Sequence record: NC_048196.1
Source of the DNA: Escherichia phage vB_EcoM_Schickermooser
Direction: 5' to 3' (one strand)
Length of the DNA stretch: 64,000 nt
In this document: positions 9,843-19,135 of the stretch, in pieces
How positions within the stretch are numbered: the first letter of the stretch is position 1
How the letters are laid out: the number at the start of each line of letters is the position of its first letter
The notes under the pieces: generated by a model
The model's input: only the letters and a program-made list of their open reading frames with translations
What the model was told of the DNA's origin: nothing
Database searches by the model: none
Made by a program: the position numbers and the translations under genes

Positions 9843-9866
9843 CCTCGCTTCGGCGGGGTTTTTTCG
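9843..9866 (+). terminator. rho-independent terminator after tape measure gene
   Basis: CCTCGC-TTCG-GCGGGG hairpin followed by TTTTTTCGTTT. Confidence 0.7.
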
Positions 9867-9872
9867 TTTCCC

Positions 9873-9902
9873 TTGACACGAAGTTTCTATATGTGTTACA
9901 AT
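9873..9902 (+). promoter_or_regulatory. sigma70-type promoter with extended -10 (TTGACA-N18-TGtTACAAT)
   Basis: Perfect -35 TTGACA at 9873-9878, TGn at 9894-9896, -10 TACAAT at 9897-9902. Confidence 0.6.
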
Positions 9903-9912
9903 AATCAATATG

Positions 9913-9935
9913 GGAAGATCTTGCATCTTCCTTTT
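9913..9935 (+). promoter_or_regulatory. 5' leader stem-loop with T tract (attenuator/antitermination target candidate)
   Basis: Perfect 7-bp inverted repeat GGAAGAT-cttgc-ATCTTCC followed by TTTT, ~10-30 nt downstream of predicted TSS and upstream of ATG 9962. Confidence 0.4.
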
Positions 9936-9961
9936 GGCATTATCATTACTACGAGGTTATC

Positions 9962-10663
9962 ATGGCAGCAATGACTCCACAACAGTCGGTGAGAGCCGTC
10001 TATAAGGCAGAACAGGAAATCAACTCTACCGAGAATAAAAATACCTCGGCATCTACTGTAAAGGGTGATAATGGTTTCTGCATTTTAGCAAGTGTTTATA
10101 ATAGTTCAAGTGATCAATACATTCAAAACTTTAAAGCAATTACTTTCGATTCGGTCCCTGAAGTAGGTGTAACTCGTGAGGCAGATGTTACAAGTTTTCC
10201 AGTAGAATCAGGATCGGATGTAAGTGACCACGTTCAAATAAAAAACAACAGATTTAAACTTTCAGGTATAATTACCGAAACACCAATTCGGCTTATGCGA
10301 GATCAATTATACAGTGCAGGTGTAAATGGGGCAAGGATTTCTCAAGCAATAGAATATCTAGATCAAATATTTGAGTCAAGACAACCAATAGTTCTTTTGA
10401 CAGAACACAGGACTTTTGAAAATGTTATTCTGAAAGGGTACTCTTATGATTATAAATCTGAATTTGCTATGCAATTTGATTTAGAGTTCGAACAAATTCG
10501 TCTAGTCTCTAAGGCCACTACTAATGCTATTGCTGTAAAAACAGCACCAAATAAGTCAACTGGTGGTGATGTGAAAGGTCAAGTCGCTTCTAATGGTCCT
10601 AAGTCAGATATTACAGTAAGAACTGCTGAAGCTACTAATACCCCAACAAACAACGGAGGTTAA
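9962..10663 (+). CDS. hypothetical tail/baseplate protein
   Basis: 233 aa, first gene after tape measure. Confidence 0.4.
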   Translation: MAAMTPQQSVRAVYKAEQEINSTENKNTSASTVKGDNGFCILASVYNSSSDQYIQNFKAITFDSVPEVGVTREADVTSFPVESGSDVSDHVQIKNNRFKLSGIITETPIRLMRDQLYSAGVNGARISQAIEYLDQIFESRQPIVLLTEHRTFENVILKGYSYDYKSEFAMQFDLEFEQIRLVSKATTNAIAVKTAPNKSTGGDVKGQVASNGPKSDITVRTAEATNTPTNNGG

Positions 10664-10665
10664 TA

Positions 10666-11079
10666 GTGACAACTTATTCTAAAACAACAAGGTCTACAAG
10701 TAATACTGGCTACAGTGCAGTTTATCTGGAGGACCATTCTACTTATTTTGCATGGTATCTGAAAACTGAAGAGTACCCTGATCAAACATATACAGTTACA
10801 TTGGATGGAGTTGATTATGACATTCGTTTAAGGTGGAACACTAGGGACGAGTCTTGGCAATGTCAGATAGGATTATCTGGAGATGATCCAAGTATAAGTT
10901 TCAAAGTTACAAATGGTTTAGATCTTCTTAAACCTTATAAATATCTTGAAAGTGTGCCAGATGGTCAATTGTATATAGTAGATACAGTTAAGATTAATGG
11001 TCGTCCTGGGTATACAACTACAGGTCGAGATAAACGTTTTGTATTGGTTTATATTGATAACAAACCTAATCAGGCGTAA
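10666..11079 (+). CDS. hypothetical tail/baseplate protein
   Basis: 137 aa ORF in baseplate block. Confidence 0.4.
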   Translation: MTTYSKTTRSTSNTGYSAVYLEDHSTYFAWYLKTEEYPDQTYTVTLDGVDYDIRLRWNTRDESWQCQIGLSGDDPSISFKVTNGLDLLKPYKYLESVPDGQLYIVDTVKINGRPGYTTTGRDKRFVLVYIDNKPNQA

Positions 11080-11088
11080 GGAGATAAT

Positions 11089-12099
11089 ATGGCAGAAAGA
11101 GAGTATACAAAAGCTCCCGCCCCTAATTTAAACAGGGCATACAAATTATTAATTGGTTCTGCCACAAACACAATACAGAAGAGAACTAAGAACTCGGCAT
11201 TTAAATCTACAGTAGATTTGGATACCAAGTTAGGGACAACAGAAAAATCCTCTTCTAATTTGTATTTGTTGCAAGACCATCAAATAACCTTCAGTATTAA
11301 GAAAGATAATAACAAAGATCCTAACCAAGCAGAGATTGTAGTTTATAACCTTTCGGATGATACTGTTAACTATATAAACCGTGGTATCCGAAATAACTTG
11401 GCTGTTGCTTTAGCGGTAGGATACGAAGGTGAAGAGTTGGTTATGGTCTTCAAAGGAACTATCCAGTGGGTTAGTGATACTTTTGACTCGGTAGACAGGA
11501 AAACCACTTTACACTGTTTGGATGGCGGTATTAACATTGCAGAAGCAAGAACAAGCCGCAGTTATCCAAAAGGAACTAAAATCAAACGTGTTGTGACAGA
11601 TTTGGTAAAGGATTTAGGAACTACAGAAGGTAATATACACGTAGATAATGATCAAACCTTATCTTCAGCAACAGCTATGTGTGGAAACACTTCACATTAC
11701 CTAGAACATATTTGTAAAAGTATTGATCACAATGTGTCGATACAAGATGGATCTGTTTATGTCACTCCTCGTTCACAAATGTCTAGTGCACGTAGCGCCT
11801 ACATTAGCCCTGAAACTGGTCTGATAGGAAGTCCAGAACCATTCCACAACGATATAAAACCTACTAAAAAAGTTACCAAGTCCTCTAAGAAGGCAAAGAA
11901 ACCTACAGATGGTGTTAAATTCAAATGCCAAATGAATGGTGCAATACTACCAGAAAAAACAATCTGGTTAAAAAGCCGAGATTATGATGGTCCATTTAAA
12001 GTTGTTTCTGTTTCTCACAATGGTGATAAAGAGGGTAAAGAGTGGGTTACTGAAGTGGAGTGTGTATCCGTGTCTGAAATAATGACTAAGGAGAAATAA
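11089..12099 (+). CDS. baseplate hub candidate (gpD/gp27-like by position)
   Basis: 336 aa ORF immediately upstream of spike gene. Confidence 0.4.
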   Translation: MAEREYTKAPAPNLNRAYKLLIGSATNTIQKRTKNSAFKSTVDLDTKLGTTEKSSSNLYLLQDHQITFSIKKDNNKDPNQAEIVVYNLSDDTVNYINRGIRNNLAVALAVGYEGEELVMVFKGTIQWVSDTFDSVDRKTTLHCLDGGINIAEARTSRSYPKGTKIKRVVTDLVKDLGTTEGNIHVDNDQTLSSATAMCGNTSHYLEHICKSIDHNVSIQDGSVYVTPRSQMSSARSAYISPETGLIGSPEPFHNDIKPTKKVTKSSKKAKKPTDGVKFKCQMNGAILPEKTIWLKSRDYDGPFKVVSVSHNGDKEGKEWVTEVECVSVSEIMTKEK

Positions 12100-12833
12100 T
12101 GGATGCATTGAATTTTGTCACAGCAATGCGCGGATTAATGACAGAACAATTAGCAGAAGTCCATACAGCCCTGCCAGTCCGTGTGACTGGCGTTAATTAT
12201 GGTGCTAAAACTGTCACTTTAGAATCTATTGTTAAAAACACACGATCTAGTGAAGATGAAATAGATTATCCTACTTTTGAAGATGTTCCTTTTATGGTTA
12301 ATGGGGGTGGGACAGGAAGAATCTCATTCCCTATTAAAGCTGGCGATTTAGGAACTGTTATATTTTCTGAAAGAGATCCTTCTAATGCACTGCAAACTAG
12401 TGGAGAAACCTCTTCATCATCCACTTTTATGCAGCCTTGTGGATTATACCCTATTTGTTTTATTCCCAAAATAGCTACAGGAACAGATTCAACAGAAGCC
12501 GTAGATTCTGAAAAGGTAGTTATTTCTAATAACAAAAACACGTACGCTTCTTTCGACCCTACAGGTAATATTTCAATATGGAATAGTCAAGGGATGAAAA
12601 TAGATATTACTACCTCCGGTATTACTATTACAGATGGCACAGGGACTTTGGATCTAAAAGGTGGTAATTTAACTTTCAAAGGCGGCGTGGCAGATATCAA
12701 TGGTCTTAAAATAGATCAGAACGGTTTGATGACAGATGGTAATGGCATCGGATTCCATACTCACACGCACACGGTTCGTAACATTCAGAGCGGTAACTCA
12801 AGTGCCGAGTCCTTAAAACCAACAGGAGCCTAA
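12099..12833 (+). CDS. baseplate central spike protein (gpV/gp5-like)
   Basis: N-terminal OB-fold-like region (PVRVTGVNYGAKTVTLESIV), Gly-rich beta region, C-terminal His-rich apex (GFHTHTHTV) as in metal-binding spike tips. Confidence 0.6.
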   Translation: MDALNFVTAMRGLMTEQLAEVHTALPVRVTGVNYGAKTVTLESIVKNTRSSEDEIDYPTFEDVPFMVNGGGTGRISFPIKAGDLGTVIFSERDPSNALQTSGETSSSSTFMQPCGLYPICFIPKIATGTDSTEAVDSEKVVISNNKNTYASFDPTGNISIWNSQGMKIDITTSGITITDGTGTLDLKGGNLTFKGGVADINGLKIDQNGLMTDGNGIGFHTHTHTVRNIQSGNSSAESLKPTGA

Positions 12834-12834
12834 C

Positions 12835-13461
12835 ATGGGAATCCCTTTTGACTTAAAACTTGGGCCAAACAACGACCTCATCATGGATGATGGGGATTTG
12901 GTCCTCACTACAACCAGAACAGAAATTGCAGCACAAACTCTTGGGATAACTCTGAACACGTATCGTGGGGAGTGGTTTTTAAATACTAACTTCGGTGTTC
13001 CTTACTTACAAGAGATTATTGGTGTTGCTAGAAAGAAAGATATTGTAGACAGAATATTTTTAGCAGAGATTGCCAAAAACGTTTACATAGATACAATAAA
13101 CAGTTATAAATCTGCTTATGATATGGATCAACGTTATTACTCAATGACAGTTATGGTCACAGTTGGAGCAGATACAGTAACATCTATATTCAATACTCAA
13201 CCTTCTGAAGAGTTTATTTACCCTGAAGCTGGTGAAGACAATGCAGCGATCACTTGTGAAGCTTACAGTATTGTTGAGAATTCGAATAGACTTTATCGCT
13301 TTATCAACTTTGTTGGTTTGCCACGTGATACCTACTCTACTTGGTGGAATGAATGGTCTACAGAGTCAGCAGTGGAAAGAATCATGGTTAACGAAAAAGG
13401 TGATGCATTAGCTACAAACAATAATTTCGGTATAACAGCTATGACAGGAGTAGAAGAGTAA
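12835..13461 (+). CDS. baseplate wedge protein (gp25/W-like region)
   Basis: Pattern DDGDLVL...EIAAQTLGITLNTYRGEWFLNTNFGVPY resembles gp25/W-family N-terminal signature; position after spike. Confidence 0.45.
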   Translation: MGIPFDLKLGPNNDLIMDDGDLVLTTTRTEIAAQTLGITLNTYRGEWFLNTNFGVPYLQEIIGVARKKDIVDRIFLAEIAKNVYIDTINSYKSAYDMDQRYYSMTVMVTVGADTVTSIFNTQPSEEFIYPEAGEDNAAITCEAYSIVENSNRLYRFINFVGLPRDTYSTWWNEWSTESAVERIMVNEKGDALATNNNFGITAMTGVEE

Positions 13462-13934
13462 TGGCAGATTTAACTACGATCAAAGTTTCTGATCTTACAC
13501 AAACAACCTCTGTGTCTGATACAGATTTCTTTGTAACAGATCAGGCTGGAATAACAAAGAAAACTTCTTTGAAAGTGCTGTTGAGTGGTGCAGGGGTAAC
13601 TAGAAACCGTCTGAATGCACGGGGAACAGTAACTAGCACCCTGGCATTAGATATTAGTTTGGCAGAATATTTTTCAGCAACTTTATCTTCTGCAACGTGC
13701 ACAATTAGTTTTACTAATATTCCAGTAGCAACAAATGCAGTTTTAAACTTTACTTTAGCTTTGCGTCAAGGAAGTGGTGCAAATAAAGTCGTATGGCCTT
13801 CTTCTGTAAAATGGAGTTTTGGTCGTTCCCCAGTTTTGAGTTATCGTCAAGGTGCAACAGACACTTTTGAGTTTATCAGTTATGATAATGGAGCAACTTG
13901 GACAGGTAGCTTAGTTTTAGCAGGAGTTATTTAA
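13461..13934 (+). CDS. hypothetical baseplate/tail protein
   Basis: 157 aa ORF. Confidence 0.4.
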   Translation: MADLTTIKVSDLTQTTSVSDTDFFVTDQAGITKKTSLKVLLSGAGVTRNRLNARGTVTSTLALDISLAEYFSATLSSATCTISFTNIPVATNAVLNFTLALRQGSGANKVVWPSSVKWSFGRSPVLSYRQGATDTFEFISYDNGATWTGSLVLAGVI

Positions 13935-16810
13935 TGTCAAGAGTTAAGCACAATATTGACAACACGTTTCAGTTGATTGAAGGGTTGGTTCAGTTTTTGG
14001 AAAGAAATACTGGGCTTACCATAGATCCTACGGTTCAGCATTACATTATCAACCCACAAAACGTATTGGCGAACAACAGACACTTTATTAACTGGACAGC
14101 GCAGGAAGGGCAACCAAACGGTGACGCTACTACCGAAGGTCAATCTGTGCTTATCACTGGTTTTGCTTATGCATATTTGGCTACAGGGGATAAAAAATAT
14201 CTTGAATCTGCCGAGAAGTATTGGCAAGCCTATATAGATCACTTCTTCGGGGGCCAACCTATTCCTGATCCTCCGGCTAAGTATCGTCCCAACTGGATCA
14301 TCAATGGTAAAGAACCACGTTTAGCACATTACCCTCTCACAGATGATGGGTATCCTACGCACGGTGGGTTCAAAGGTAGCATGATGACTTGGATTAACGG
14401 AAGGACTGTTATTCCTAAAGGTGCACCGCATTGGGGAGAATACTTAGATAAAGCTTGGTTTGCTTTCAATGGTAATCTTGGTTGGAACTCCGTTAACGCA
14501 ACAGTTTATGCAACTAACCCAGATGGTTCAACTAACTGGAAAGAATATGGAGATCAGTGGGACGTTGAATGGATTATAGATCGTCTAGGACGTAAAGTTG
14601 ATTGGGATGGTAACATTTTATCTACAGGGCACAGCTTCGCAGAATATGGAACAGTGCAACTTAAAAATGCTTCTGTGAACGGTGATTATAAATTCAACTA
14701 CGCTACATGCAACCCTGTAGAACACGGTGGATATCTGCTTAAGCGTAATGAGATGTGGCATAACCGTCCTGTAAACGTTCCGGTAGAGTTAGGCTATCAA
14801 GATAATGCTTCCGATGCTGAAACGTGGTGGTGTGATGCAAACTACTTGATGTATCAGATCACAGGAGAGAGAAAATACTGGCTTTGCTGGCAATCTTCTT
14901 TATTGTTGTGTCAAGACTACTCAAACATCGATATGTTTGATAAATTCTTCCGTAGATCTACGACAGCAATAATTCCTTTTACAGATGGTATCTCGTATGA
15001 TTACTCATACCCATCTACAGCAATACCTAAATATTCTCGTGACGAATTAGGATATACAGTAATTCGCCAAGATGTTTCAGCACAAACAACTCTAGAACAA
15101 CAGGCAGTTTGGTTCAGAGTGGATCAGAATTCAAAACTGCGTATTGAGTTTCAAGGTGTAGATGATGCAGGGGAAGGTGTTCTTTTCCGTCCAGAGTTAG
15201 AATTAAGCAAGACTAAGAGTGAAACAGACACAGTGACATATCGTTGTGGCTTACCTCTTGGTGCAGCTAATATGACTAAGATGGATATACCTTTATCTAG
15301 TTTTATGCGCACCGAACCTCCTGGAGGTGGTGTATATATTATTGCTGAACCTAGAATCATTGTTGACTGGGGAAGCAATACTGTGATACAATATAAATAT
15401 GCAACTGGTATTGCTGGGACAAATAGTGATCAGATAGTTTCTGCTAATATGGATTCAGATGGTGGTTTTACTATTGGATTTTGGTTAACACCAACTAAAA
15501 CAGCCAATTTAAAATCTATTACCTATCGTTCATACGCAGATGATTTTAACATCACTATTACGGATTCCGCAGGTTGGAGATGGTGGGCCATGTTAGAAAA
15601 AACAAATTCTGCATGGGTTACTAAAGTTTTAAGTCCTGCTGATTTCAAATTAAGTACTTGGCAACCTAATCACAATGACACAGAGACAAAACCTTCGTCA
15701 ATAAACCTGACTGCTGTTGATCAGATCAACATTGCATTGGATTCTGAACCTGCAAATGGCTTGACAGGGGCAATCGACTTTTATTGCGTTAACGATATCC
15801 CATCTTTGTATTCTTCAGCCGCTGGTGATGATTACACAATGTATTTCAGGGTTACAGTTTCATCTGAAAATCCTTATACAGCAAAACTTGGAGATTGTAC
15901 AATACTGGACTACAAACTTGACAGTTTGAATTATACTCCAGGAATCATTCCATTTTCCAATATTAGTGATCCTAACACAGCATTATATGACGGTTGGCGT
16001 GGTATTCCTTACCCAGGTTATCAATACCCATCCTTATATTGTTTTAAAGGGAGAGATATTGACTGGGTTCGTATGAACAACAGTATAGACTTTTTATATG
16101 ATTCACAAATGTGGTTTTATAATAAGTTTGCCCCTGTGATGCCTGGGCCAATGGCACAAGCTTATGTTTGGGATCGTTGGGATGCTCATAAATACGGAAA
16201 CAAGAATGAGTTCACAATGTATCATTGGAACGATAAAGCTTGGGATGGTTATGAAGCACGAGCATTCTTCTGTGCATGTCATACAGTATACGAACTGAAA
16301 CAACGAGGAGCAGAAGTTCCTGCAAAACTTTTAACAGTTTGTAAAAACTGGATCAACTATCTGAAATGGTTCCAAGATAACAACGAAGGAAGAACACCAA
16401 CAATATTTTATCCCAATGGAGAAGTGGCTGCGCCTGTAGATGACTTTACAAGTCACATGTCTGCGCTCTTTATGGCGGGATGTGCTATAATGGGGATGGC
16501 TGGATATGATTCAGAAATTCCTAACATTAGAATAGTAGCAGACCGCTGTTTTGAACTTATTCAGGAAAACTATATTGTTCTTGGTCCTAATCACGTCATG
16601 AATGGTTGTTGGAGTGCCGCTCCTAGACCAGACAGTGATAACGGAGTCTTCTTTGGCTTCCACGCTGGAGAGTTGTTACGTGGTTTTGGGTTGTATGCTT
16701 TATACAAAAAACTTAATCCCCAAAATGCATTACCTGTTTTGGATTCGAGCAATATTCCTGCACTTACTGTTTTGACAATGGCAAACATTAGTGTGGACGT
16801 TACCGAGTAA
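13934..16810 (+). CDS. large virion protein (958 aa); possible carbohydrate-active domain
   Basis: Long ORF in baseplate block; W/Y-rich segments; enzymatic domain not verified. Confidence 0.35.
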   Translation: MSRVKHNIDNTFQLIEGLVQFLERNTGLTIDPTVQHYIINPQNVLANNRHFINWTAQEGQPNGDATTEGQSVLITGFAYAYLATGDKKYLESAEKYWQAYIDHFFGGQPIPDPPAKYRPNWIINGKEPRLAHYPLTDDGYPTHGGFKGSMMTWINGRTVIPKGAPHWGEYLDKAWFAFNGNLGWNSVNATVYATNPDGSTNWKEYGDQWDVEWIIDRLGRKVDWDGNILSTGHSFAEYGTVQLKNASVNGDYKFNYATCNPVEHGGYLLKRNEMWHNRPVNVPVELGYQDNASDAETWWCDANYLMYQITGERKYWLCWQSSLLLCQDYSNIDMFDKFFRRSTTAIIPFTDGISYDYSYPSTAIPKYSRDELGYTVIRQDVSAQTTLEQQAVWFRVDQNSKLRIEFQGVDDAGEGVLFRPELELSKTKSETDTVTYRCGLPLGAANMTKMDIPLSSFMRTEPPGGGVYIIAEPRIIVDWGSNTVIQYKYATGIAGTNSDQIVSANMDSDGGFTIGFWLTPTKTANLKSITYRSYADDFNITITDSAGWRWWAMLEKTNSAWVTKVLSPADFKLSTWQPNHNDTETKPSSINLTAVDQINIALDSEPANGLTGAIDFYCVNDIPSLYSSAAGDDYTMYFRVTVSSENPYTAKLGDCTILDYKLDSLNYTPGIIPFSNISDPNTALYDGWRGIPYPGYQYPSLYCFKGRDIDWVRMNNSIDFLYDSQMWFYNKFAPVMPGPMAQAYVWDRWDAHKYGNKNEFTMYHWNDKAWDGYEARAFFCACHTVYELKQRGAEVPAKLLTVCKNWINYLKWFQDNNEGRTPTIFYPNGEVAAPVDDFTSHMSALFMAGCAIMGMAGYDSEIPNIRIVADRCFELIQENYIVLGPNHVMNGCWSAAPRPDSDNGVFFGFHAGELLRGFGLYALYKKLNPQNALPVLDSSNIPALTVLTMANISVDVTE

Positions 16811-16818
16811 GGGGTAAA

Positions 16819-18882
16819 ATGAAACAAGCTATATTTACTGTCACGCGAGACAAGAGAGTAAATGCGAGTTCATTTAACTACACGACTGTTGACGGAACAG
16901 CAGTCGCTGGTAGAGATTATATAGCAAAATCGGGAACACTTGTGTTCCCTGATGATGCTGATTCTGCTACCATTGTGGTTGAAGTATTTGAACGACCAAA
17001 GAACTCAATAGATCTTAACTTCTCCCTCCAAGTTTCAGGGATTAGTCAAAATAACATGATGGTTGAAACGACCATCAATTGTATTATAACTACTATCCAA
17101 GAAAACACTACTCCAATAACTTGGACTACAAAAGACGTTAAAATGTTCTCTCCTATGTATTGGACAATAGACTCTCAAGCAACGGAAAGTTGTTCTATTG
17201 TATCTCATGGAGACTCTTTTACTGCAAGATTTGTAAACAGAACAGCAGCAGGTTTGGCAGGGGTTATCTGGAGCACAGTTGACAAATATGATCACAAAGG
17301 AGTTGGGTATTTACCCCACACAGATTTAAGTTCAGAGAAACTTTGGTTTAAAATGGAAATTAGTCAAAACATGCCAGGTTTTAAAGAAGAACCTTTGGTG
17401 CCGACTTTGACTGTAACTCTCCTGGATAAAAGTGTTCATTATGTCAGTTTAGGATTCTACGCTTCAGATATTTCAGAAGATGGTAAAACAGCCACAATCA
17501 AGTTAGATTTTGGTAATATCTTTTCTGGCCCTAATAATGATATTCCTTTGGATATGAGTGCTGTAGATAATATTTTCTTCTCTTTGATTACAGCAAGGTA
17601 TGAAGAAATAGAAGAGATTGTACCTATTGCCAGTCAAGAGGCTTGGTTTACTTTCACTCTTCTTGAACCTACTTCTGGTTACAGTATGATGAAAGTCAGC
17701 AACCTTGTCCAGCCTGAACATGATATTCGCATGTGCACATCTTATGATGATATGTATAACCTGACTCCAGAGAGAGTTATTTATAATACGTATGCACTAG
17801 GTTATCGTGGAATGATTAACCATTACAACGGAATGTCTCACTATTATGAGTTCTCATGGAACGGAACATCTTGGGCTTTAAATAGATCTGTTTTCCTGAA
17901 TCCGGCTACAGAAGCTTGGCTTAACAGTTTCCATTCTATAGCTAATGAAAATGGCTACACAATAATGAACTCTTTGAGTTTTGAGTTGATGAGCACAGTT
18001 TGTCCTGTAGAATGGGTTCAACATGATTGGAACGATGCTCTTGCAGCAACAGGTTATGAGCCGCCTAGTTATGTGTTATCTCCAACAATTGATGAAGGTA
18101 TGGAATATTTGCAAAATGTTATTAACAAAATAGCATCTATTTCTCAAGCTAACAATATTCCAGTCGTCATTCAAATTGGTGAACCTTGGTGGTGGTATAA
18201 TACAGCAAGTAAAATGCCTTGTATATATGATTACACTACCAAACTAGCATTCAATACAGAAACAGGCTTATTTGCACAAGATGCAGGAACAATAGATAAT
18301 TATAAAACAGGAACACCGTTTGACGAATACTATGCATTTTTGTCTCGTAAACTAGGATTAAGAGTTACAAAGTTTGCAACAGACACTAGAGCAACTTATC
18401 CAGGAGCTAAAGTAACATTGCTTCCGTTCTTACCGTCAATTATTGGCAACGGTTTGATGGAGAAAGTTAACTTTCCGTCTGATTACTACATTCCTGAAGC
18501 TTTTGATTTTTACTGTTCAGAGTGTTACGACTGGCTTCTGGAAGGTAAAATGATGAAAGCATTTGATGCAATTACCATACCACATGAAAAATTAGGTTTT
18601 GAATATTCTGATATTCACTATCTTTCAGGTTTTGTTCCAGATGCTACTCTTGCACCTTTGTATGGCTTCGATCCTGAATCAAACTACCGCACGTATCTTT
18701 GGAAAATGATTATAGGTAATATAGTGTTGAACGCCAATAAGTTCAATGGACTTACACAATATATATGGGCCTATCCTCAAATAATGCACGATTCCATCAC
18801 GGTAGTTAATTCTCAATCCCAAGTTTTCTATATGGGTAACGTGCCTTTGAACGTTTATTTACAGGATACAGTATATGCCTAA
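16819..18882 (+). CDS. large virion protein with N-terminal Calx-beta-like domain
   Basis: N-terminus DGTAVAGRDYIAKSGTLVFPDDADSATIVVEVFER matches Calx-beta-like pattern. Confidence 0.4.
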   Translation: MKQAIFTVTRDKRVNASSFNYTTVDGTAVAGRDYIAKSGTLVFPDDADSATIVVEVFERPKNSIDLNFSLQVSGISQNNMMVETTINCIITTIQENTTPITWTTKDVKMFSPMYWTIDSQATESCSIVSHGDSFTARFVNRTAAGLAGVIWSTVDKYDHKGVGYLPHTDLSSEKLWFKMEISQNMPGFKEEPLVPTLTVTLLDKSVHYVSLGFYASDISEDGKTATIKLDFGNIFSGPNNDIPLDMSAVDNIFFSLITARYEEIEEIVPIASQEAWFTFTLLEPTSGYSMMKVSNLVQPEHDIRMCTSYDDMYNLTPERVIYNTYALGYRGMINHYNGMSHYYEFSWNGTSWALNRSVFLNPATEAWLNSFHSIANENGYTIMNSLSFELMSTVCPVEWVQHDWNDALAATGYEPPSYVLSPTIDEGMEYLQNVINKIASISQANNIPVVIQIGEPWWWYNTASKMPCIYDYTTKLAFNTETGLFAQDAGTIDNYKTGTPFDEYYAFLSRKLGLRVTKFATDTRATYPGAKVTLLPFLPSIIGNGLMEKVNFPSDYYIPEAFDFYCSECYDWLLEGKMMKAFDAITIPHEKLGFEYSDIHYLSGFVPDATLAPLYGFDPESNYRTYLWKMIIGNIVLNANKFNGLTQYIWAYPQIMHDSITVVNSQSQVFYMGNVPLNVYLQDTVYA

Positions 18883-19135
18883 AGAAAGTGGTTTTAAAAA
18901 ATTTATTCGCGGAATGTTCTGCACTTACCCTGGCAACGGGGTAAGCTCTACAAAAGTCTGGAACGCTGTAGGCATGTCTGTTATGACAGGCATGTTTATC
19001 TTTTTAGGAATAGAAAAAGAAATTCCTGAATGGATGGGTTGGGCTTTTGTTTTCATGATAACTCCTTCTCGCCTCATGAAAAATCTTATTGATTTACGCT
19101 GGGGCAGATCACAATCTACCAAAGAGGATGACTAA
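18875..19135 (+). CDS. small membrane protein
   Basis: 86 aa with one hydrophobic segment (VWNAVGMSVMTGMFIFLGI). Confidence 0.4.
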   Translation: MPKESGFKKFIRGMFCTYPGNGVSSTKVWNAVGMSVMTGMFIFLGIEKEIPEWMGWAFVFMITPSRLMKNLIDLRWGRSQSTKEDD

